In this document: positions 59,603-64,000 of the stretch, piece by piece | Layout: every line of letters begins with the position of its first letter | How positions within the stretch are numbered: the stretch's first letter is position 1 | From: Vicugna vicugna | Lineage: Eukaryota | Direction of reading: 5' to 3' | NCBI GenBank assembly: GCA_013265495.1 | Contig: MU063738.1 | Location: forward strand, 558,001 to 622,000 | DNA length: 64,000 bases | Translations under genes and position numbers: made by a program | Notes under the pieces: model-generated | What the model was told of the DNA's origin: nothing | Database searches by the model: none | What the model saw: only the letters and a program-made list of their open reading frames with translations

Positions 59603-61220
59603 GCAGGCCCCGCTCCTAAGCGCAGACCAAGCGAGGCTGCTCGCTAGGGCCCCGGGCGCCGTTGTGCAGACCTCGCCCCCACCCACCCCCGCCACCGCCC
59701 TGGGCCCGCCGCAGGCCCCGCCCCTCAGACCCCGCCCACAGCACAGGGCACGCCCCCAGCGCCCGCAGACCACGCCCTGAAACAGGGATGGCCTCGCCCC
59801 TCCTGCGACTCCCCAGAGCCCCCCTCCCAGCTCTGCCCGCACCGCAGGATTTGGACAGTGTGGGTGGGACAACTGGGTCCACCTCTGTCCGAATTCATCC
59901 CCGTGTCCGACTCCAGGCTGGCCGCACCGAGCCCGGATTGCAGGGGTCTGGGTTCCAGATCGTACGCTCGCACTCGGCCAGTTGTTGGGGCCTCGTCGCC
60001 TTGGGCAAACCTCCGCCAAGAAAGGGGACTCTTTCCCAGCCTTTGGCACGGTGCAACAGGAGGAATTATACCAGTCTCTCGAGTCCACTGTGTTCTGTGT
60101 CTAAACACACCTGGGAAACAGCACGGAATCCGCACTTGCCGCGTTCTCCCGGAGCTCCGGGCGCGCAAGGGCTGGGGACAAGCAGAGTCTCAGAGGACAG
60201 CTCCCTGAGCCGCCACGCCCCGACCGCGTGCTTGGTTTCTCTCCTGCACCAGTGGTGGCAGTGGCCCTCTGTGACCAGGAGCAAGTCAGTGGTGAGATTT
60301 TTACCAATCAGACAGGAAATGAGATTTTTTTAAAGTAGGGAGTTTTTCACAAAAGGAAACATTATCCTAGCATATGCTTCCAGTTTTCCAGTGTTAAATA
60401 CATCTTATTTTATAAGATGTTTGTGGCAGATGTTTTTAAATTCCATAAAGTCAACGTTAGTTTTTTTTTTTAACTTACTGGTGAGCAAAATCCCCAAACT
60501 TTGGAAAACCACTTTTCAGACATTCAATGCATCTACCTTCAAGTTACCCATTCTCTACAGACCAGCTGCTGTGCTGGGTGCTGGAGATACAGCCTAAGCA
60601 CGCCTGCCACAGTGCCTGTCCCAGCGGTGCTCGCAGGCCAACTCACACTTCAATTTACAGAAGGAACAAAGGTCATGACAATTCCCCGTGCTGTGCTATG
60701 ACCTGGGAAGAGCAGGGTGCCTCAGGAAGGCGAGGGGACATGGGGCCTGATCTGTCCAGTGTGTATGGTTAGAGGAAGAGGGCCTTTTATCTTTGGCTGC
60801 AGAGCAAAACATCTGTGGAGCTATGACGTTTGTTCTTCTAGCATTAACTTATCCCTGGGAATACAAGCGGCTACCTCCAGCCCCCTCAGTGCTGCTTCCC
60901 CTGTAAATGGCACCCTAACAACTCACGCACAGCAGAGGCAGTCAGGAAAGCCTTCTGAGACAGCCTACCTCTTCCCCAAACGGCTTTCATTATTTATTTC
61001 CCTTTGAACGCTTAGAATGCCAACATATCTTGGATTTTGAAATAATGGCCTTCTGGAATCGATGAAAGCATGATTCTAAAGATTTAAAAGCCACAACAAA
61101 TTGCAAGCAAAAATACAAAGATAAACCATACAGACATGTTTTGGTTAAACTGAGAAGACAAAGACAAAGATCTTAAGACTAGCCAAATTAAAAACAGGTT
61201 ACTTATAAAAGAATGACAGA

Positions 61221-61380
61221 GGGGAGGGTACAGCTCAGTGGTAGAGTGCATGCTCAGCACACATGAGGTCCTGGGTTCAATCCCCAGTACCTCCCTTAAA
61301 AAAAAGAAAAAACCTAACTACACCACCTCCGAAAGAAATTAACACAACATGATAAACCAACTATACTTCAATTTAAAAAA
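61221..61380 (+). mobile_element. Camelid SINE directly followed by an L1 3'-terminal stub
   Basis: Intact A and B boxes, then AAATTAACACAACATGATAAACCAACTATACTTCAAT-A(n), matching the recalled cetartiodactyl L1 3' end. Confidence 0.75.
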
Positions 61381-61399
61381 CACTTATTTTTTTTTAAAA

Positions 61400-62460
61400 T
61401 GACGACTGGAAACTGGACCAACTGGATCGCTCTCAGTAGCAGCGATCACAGCCAGAGGCATTTCCTTAAAAACAAAAAACACAAACTGGGAAAAACCTGT
61501 CAACTTAGAATTGCATACCCAACTAAACTGTTACTCAAGAATGAAGGCAAATAGAGTTTTAGATAGCAAAATTCAGTGTTTAGCATCAGCAGACTCCCAC
61601 TAAAGGAATTCTAAAGGAATTCTACTTCAAGAAAGAAAAATGATCACAGAAGGAATGAGATGCAAGAAGGAACAGTGAGCAAAGAAAAGTGGGAAATTTT
61701 AAATACTGTATAAAACACCAATAATAAATTAATGTTTGCATGAGGGAATCAGGATGAAATGAAAATATTAGACTAAACGTACACAAGAAGGGGGTGACTG
61801 AAGTTCTAAGCTCCTTGGATTAGTAGGCAAAGAGTAGATTTAGGGATAAATGTGAGTTTTTTTCTTAGGTATGTGTATTCAGATTCTAAAGAAAACCACT
61901 TGAAAAATATAAAATGGTTATAACTCACAAGCCAGCAAATGGGAAACCATGTAGTATAAAAAAAATCAAGGAAAAAAAGAAAACAAACTGGCTATGTTAG
62001 TAGTTACCCAGGCTGGGGGAGTTACCTAAACACAGGCTCAAAATACAGAAAACAAAAACTAGAATTACAAGGGAAAATAGGCAAATCTGCAACACAGTGA
62101 GAGACTCTGCATACCCCCCCCCCGTAACTAAGAGCTCAGACAAGTTATGCAGACATGAGATCTGCACAAAAGTGTTACAGCCTTGACCTAATCAACACAC
62201 AACAAATTCTGCACCTAACAGTTAGAGGAAACACACAAAACTAACCATAGACAGGCCACGAGAACTCTCACCAAGTGAAAGAATCAATTTCTTTGACCAC
62301 AGTACAATTGTGTTAAAGCCAACGCTGGGAAAATTTCTCCACAGATCACATGCATTCCTGCACATCCTGCGAAGCGAGGCGCTGACTACCCTTTGCTCTG
62401 GACTCTCTTGGAGGTTGCTTCTACAGAGAACAACTCTGAAAGACAGACGGTGACTTCCTC
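61400..62460 (+). mobile_element. Degraded old L1 ORF1/ORF2 (endonuclease-start) fragments
   Basis: A-rich L1-like text such as CAACTTAGAATTGCATACCCAACTAAACT...TTTAGCATCAGCAGACTC and GAATTACAAGGGAAAATAGGCAAATC...TTGACCTAAT; no intact ORF. Confidence 0.55.
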
Positions 62461-62487
62461 TAGAACAAAGGCTGAGTTTGCTTATCA

Positions 62488-62696
62488 GAGCGATTCTCAA
62501 CCAGCAGTGGCTCTGCCCGCTAGCAGATACTTGACGGTGTCTGGAGACACATGTAGGGGTTACAACTGAGAGAGGAGGTGCCTCTGGCATCCAGGGGCAG
62601 AGGCCAGGGGTGCTGCAGCCCACAATGCACAGGACAGGTCCCCACAACTGACTACCCAGCCCCAGATGTCTGCAGCGGCAAGGCTGATAAACGCTG
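62488..62696 (+). mobile_element. Near full-length MER20
   Basis: Ends resemble CAGTGGTTCTCAA / TTGAGAAACCCTG; internal GGTGTCTGGAGACA...TGGCATCCAGGGGCAGAGGCCAGGGGTGCTGC...AATGCACAGGACAG. Confidence 0.75.
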
Positions 62697-63026
62697 GCTT
62701 ACGACCTTAGCCGGCAGAGTAGTGTCCCCCTTTGGAACCAAGGAGCGTCACGTTTACTGTCTAGGACAATGAAGGTGACTCTCTCCCTCAAGGCAGAAGG
62801 CAGGGATGCTACTGCCCACTGCACATGCTCCCGGTGCCCTGAGCTCAAGGCTCCTCTCCCACAGTGCCGTTCGCTCAGCATGCAGGTGCCCTACTCTGTC
62901 AGAGAAGTTCCTGAGGCAGAAGAACGTATCAGAGAGGAACTGGGGTCTCTGAAGTAACGGATTCCTTGAAATGGAATCAACATAGGTAAAATGAAATTAA
63001 CCTTTTTATTTTTAATTGCTCCAAGA

Positions 63027-63350
63027 CAGAGGTGGCAACTTTTTTTTCCTCTAAAGGACAAATATTTCGGGCGTTGCATGCCCTGTGGTCTCCGCTGCGA
63101 GCACTTAATTAACTCTGTTTATGGGATGAGTGCTGCCATCGTCAGGTGTGGAGTCAGGACTGGCCGTGCATCAGGGAAGCTCTGTTTGTGGACACTGGGA
63201 TTTTAATTCCATGTAATTTTCACGTGTCATAAAGTCTTCTTCGTCTTTTGATTTTTTCAACCATTAGAAAAATTTTAAAGCCATTCTTCACTCACAGGCC
63301 ATAAAAAAGAGGTGGCAGGGTGAGTTTGGCTGCTGGCTTGACTTCCGCTG
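63027..63350 (+). mobile_element. MER58-type hAT transposon
   Basis: CAGAGGTGGCAACTTTTTTTT...AAATATTTCGGGC...ATTTTCACGTGTCATAAA...AAAATTTTAAAGCCATTCTT...GCCATAAAAAAG. Confidence 0.6.
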
Positions 63351-63699
63351 TAAGACAACCTCCGGCACAAAGCAAAAGCAGAAGCAGCAGCAGTGCGCTG
63401 CGTCCACAGGAGGCAGGACGTGCTCGGGTCACAGCAGCAACAGGGCAAGGAGGAGCTGGGGAGAGCCCTGCAGTGAGGTCCTTACCCACGTGGCGTGGCA
63501 TATTATTATCTTACGGTAAACTCTAGTTATAGATGTATCTTGTAAATCCCAGCTCAACCATGAAAAAACTTTTTAAATAAGTAAAAATAAGAAGTTAATA
63601 GATGAGATTAAATGGGATCTTTAAAACTGGTTAACCCAGATGAGGCAGAAAAAGAATAAAAGAAAAAACAGCAATAAATAGAAAACAGCTCACATGGGT

Positions 63700-64000
63700 C
63701 AACATGAAGAACCTAGTATTCGCATTACAGGGGTCCCAGAAAGGGAAAAGAAAGAGAGGAAACCTGAGAAAATATTTGGAGAGATAATCACCAAAAAATT
63801 CCCCAACTTGGGAAAGGAAACAATCACCCAAGTCCAGGAAGCACAGAGAGTACCACACAGGATCAACCCAAAGAGGAACACACCGAGGCACATAGTCATC
63901 AAACTGACAACAATTAAGGGTAAGGACAAAATATTAAAATCAGCAAGAGAAGAGCAACAAATAACATACAAGGGAACTCCCATAAGGTTTCAGCTGACTT
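63700..64000 (+). mobile_element. Younger cetartiodactyl L1, ORF1 portion, running off the window
   Basis: ATTCGCATTACAGGGGTCCCAGAA...GAGAAAATATTTGGAGAGATAAT...CAAGTCCAGGAAGCACAGAGAG...AACATACAAGGGAACTCCCATAAGG is a clear L1 ORF1p signature. Confidence 0.85.

Larger units (their letters stand above)
58900..59800. promoter_or_regulatory. RNPEP: RNPEP CpG-island promoter with repeated GC boxes
   Basis: Very high GC and CpG density over exon 1; repeated GGCCCCGCCC / CCCCGCCC / CACGCCCC (Sp/KLF-type) at ~59560-59780; no TATA seen; boundaries approximate. Confidence 0.85.

Noticed and set aside
1-64000. CRISPR array, rRNA, prokaryotic operon features
   Set aside because: No repeat-spacer periodicity or rRNA similarity; the DNA is intron-containing mammalian sequence.

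Overview
Mammalian, GC-rich genomic DNA, most likely from a camelid (about eight copies of the tRNA-Ala-derived vic-1-type SINE). By gene content it is orthologous to human 1q32.1. Two intact minus-strand genes were reconstructed exon by exon with GT-AG boundaries and consistent phases. RNPEP (aminopeptidase B, M1 zinc metallopeptidase) has 11 coding exons at 59528->45344, 1944 nt, 647 aa. ELF3 (epithelial ETS factor ESE-1) has a non-coding exon 1 plus 8 coding exons at 41885->39061, 1119 nt, 372 aa, with a TATA/CCAAT/kB/octamer promoter. Positions 1-38.4 kb and 59.6-64 kb hold no recognisable protein gene and carry many L1, L2, MIR, MER20, MER58, MLT and SINE fragments. There are two N gaps. 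Nearly all entries in the ORF track are GC-rich chance ORFs. The most interesting unexplained signals are: (1) an orphan CpG island at ~24.05-24.9 kb with promoter-type motifs (TCTCGCGAGA, CACGTG, NRF1-like) and candidate spliced exons; (2) a hairpin at the 3' end of RNPEP intron 8 that resembles the human tailed mirtron miR-6740; (3) a strong CTCF-like site in the 2.6-kb gap between RNPEP and ELF3. No CRISPR, rRNA or true tRNA gene is supported. Comparisons to human sequences and repeat consensuses are from memory and need alignment to confirm.
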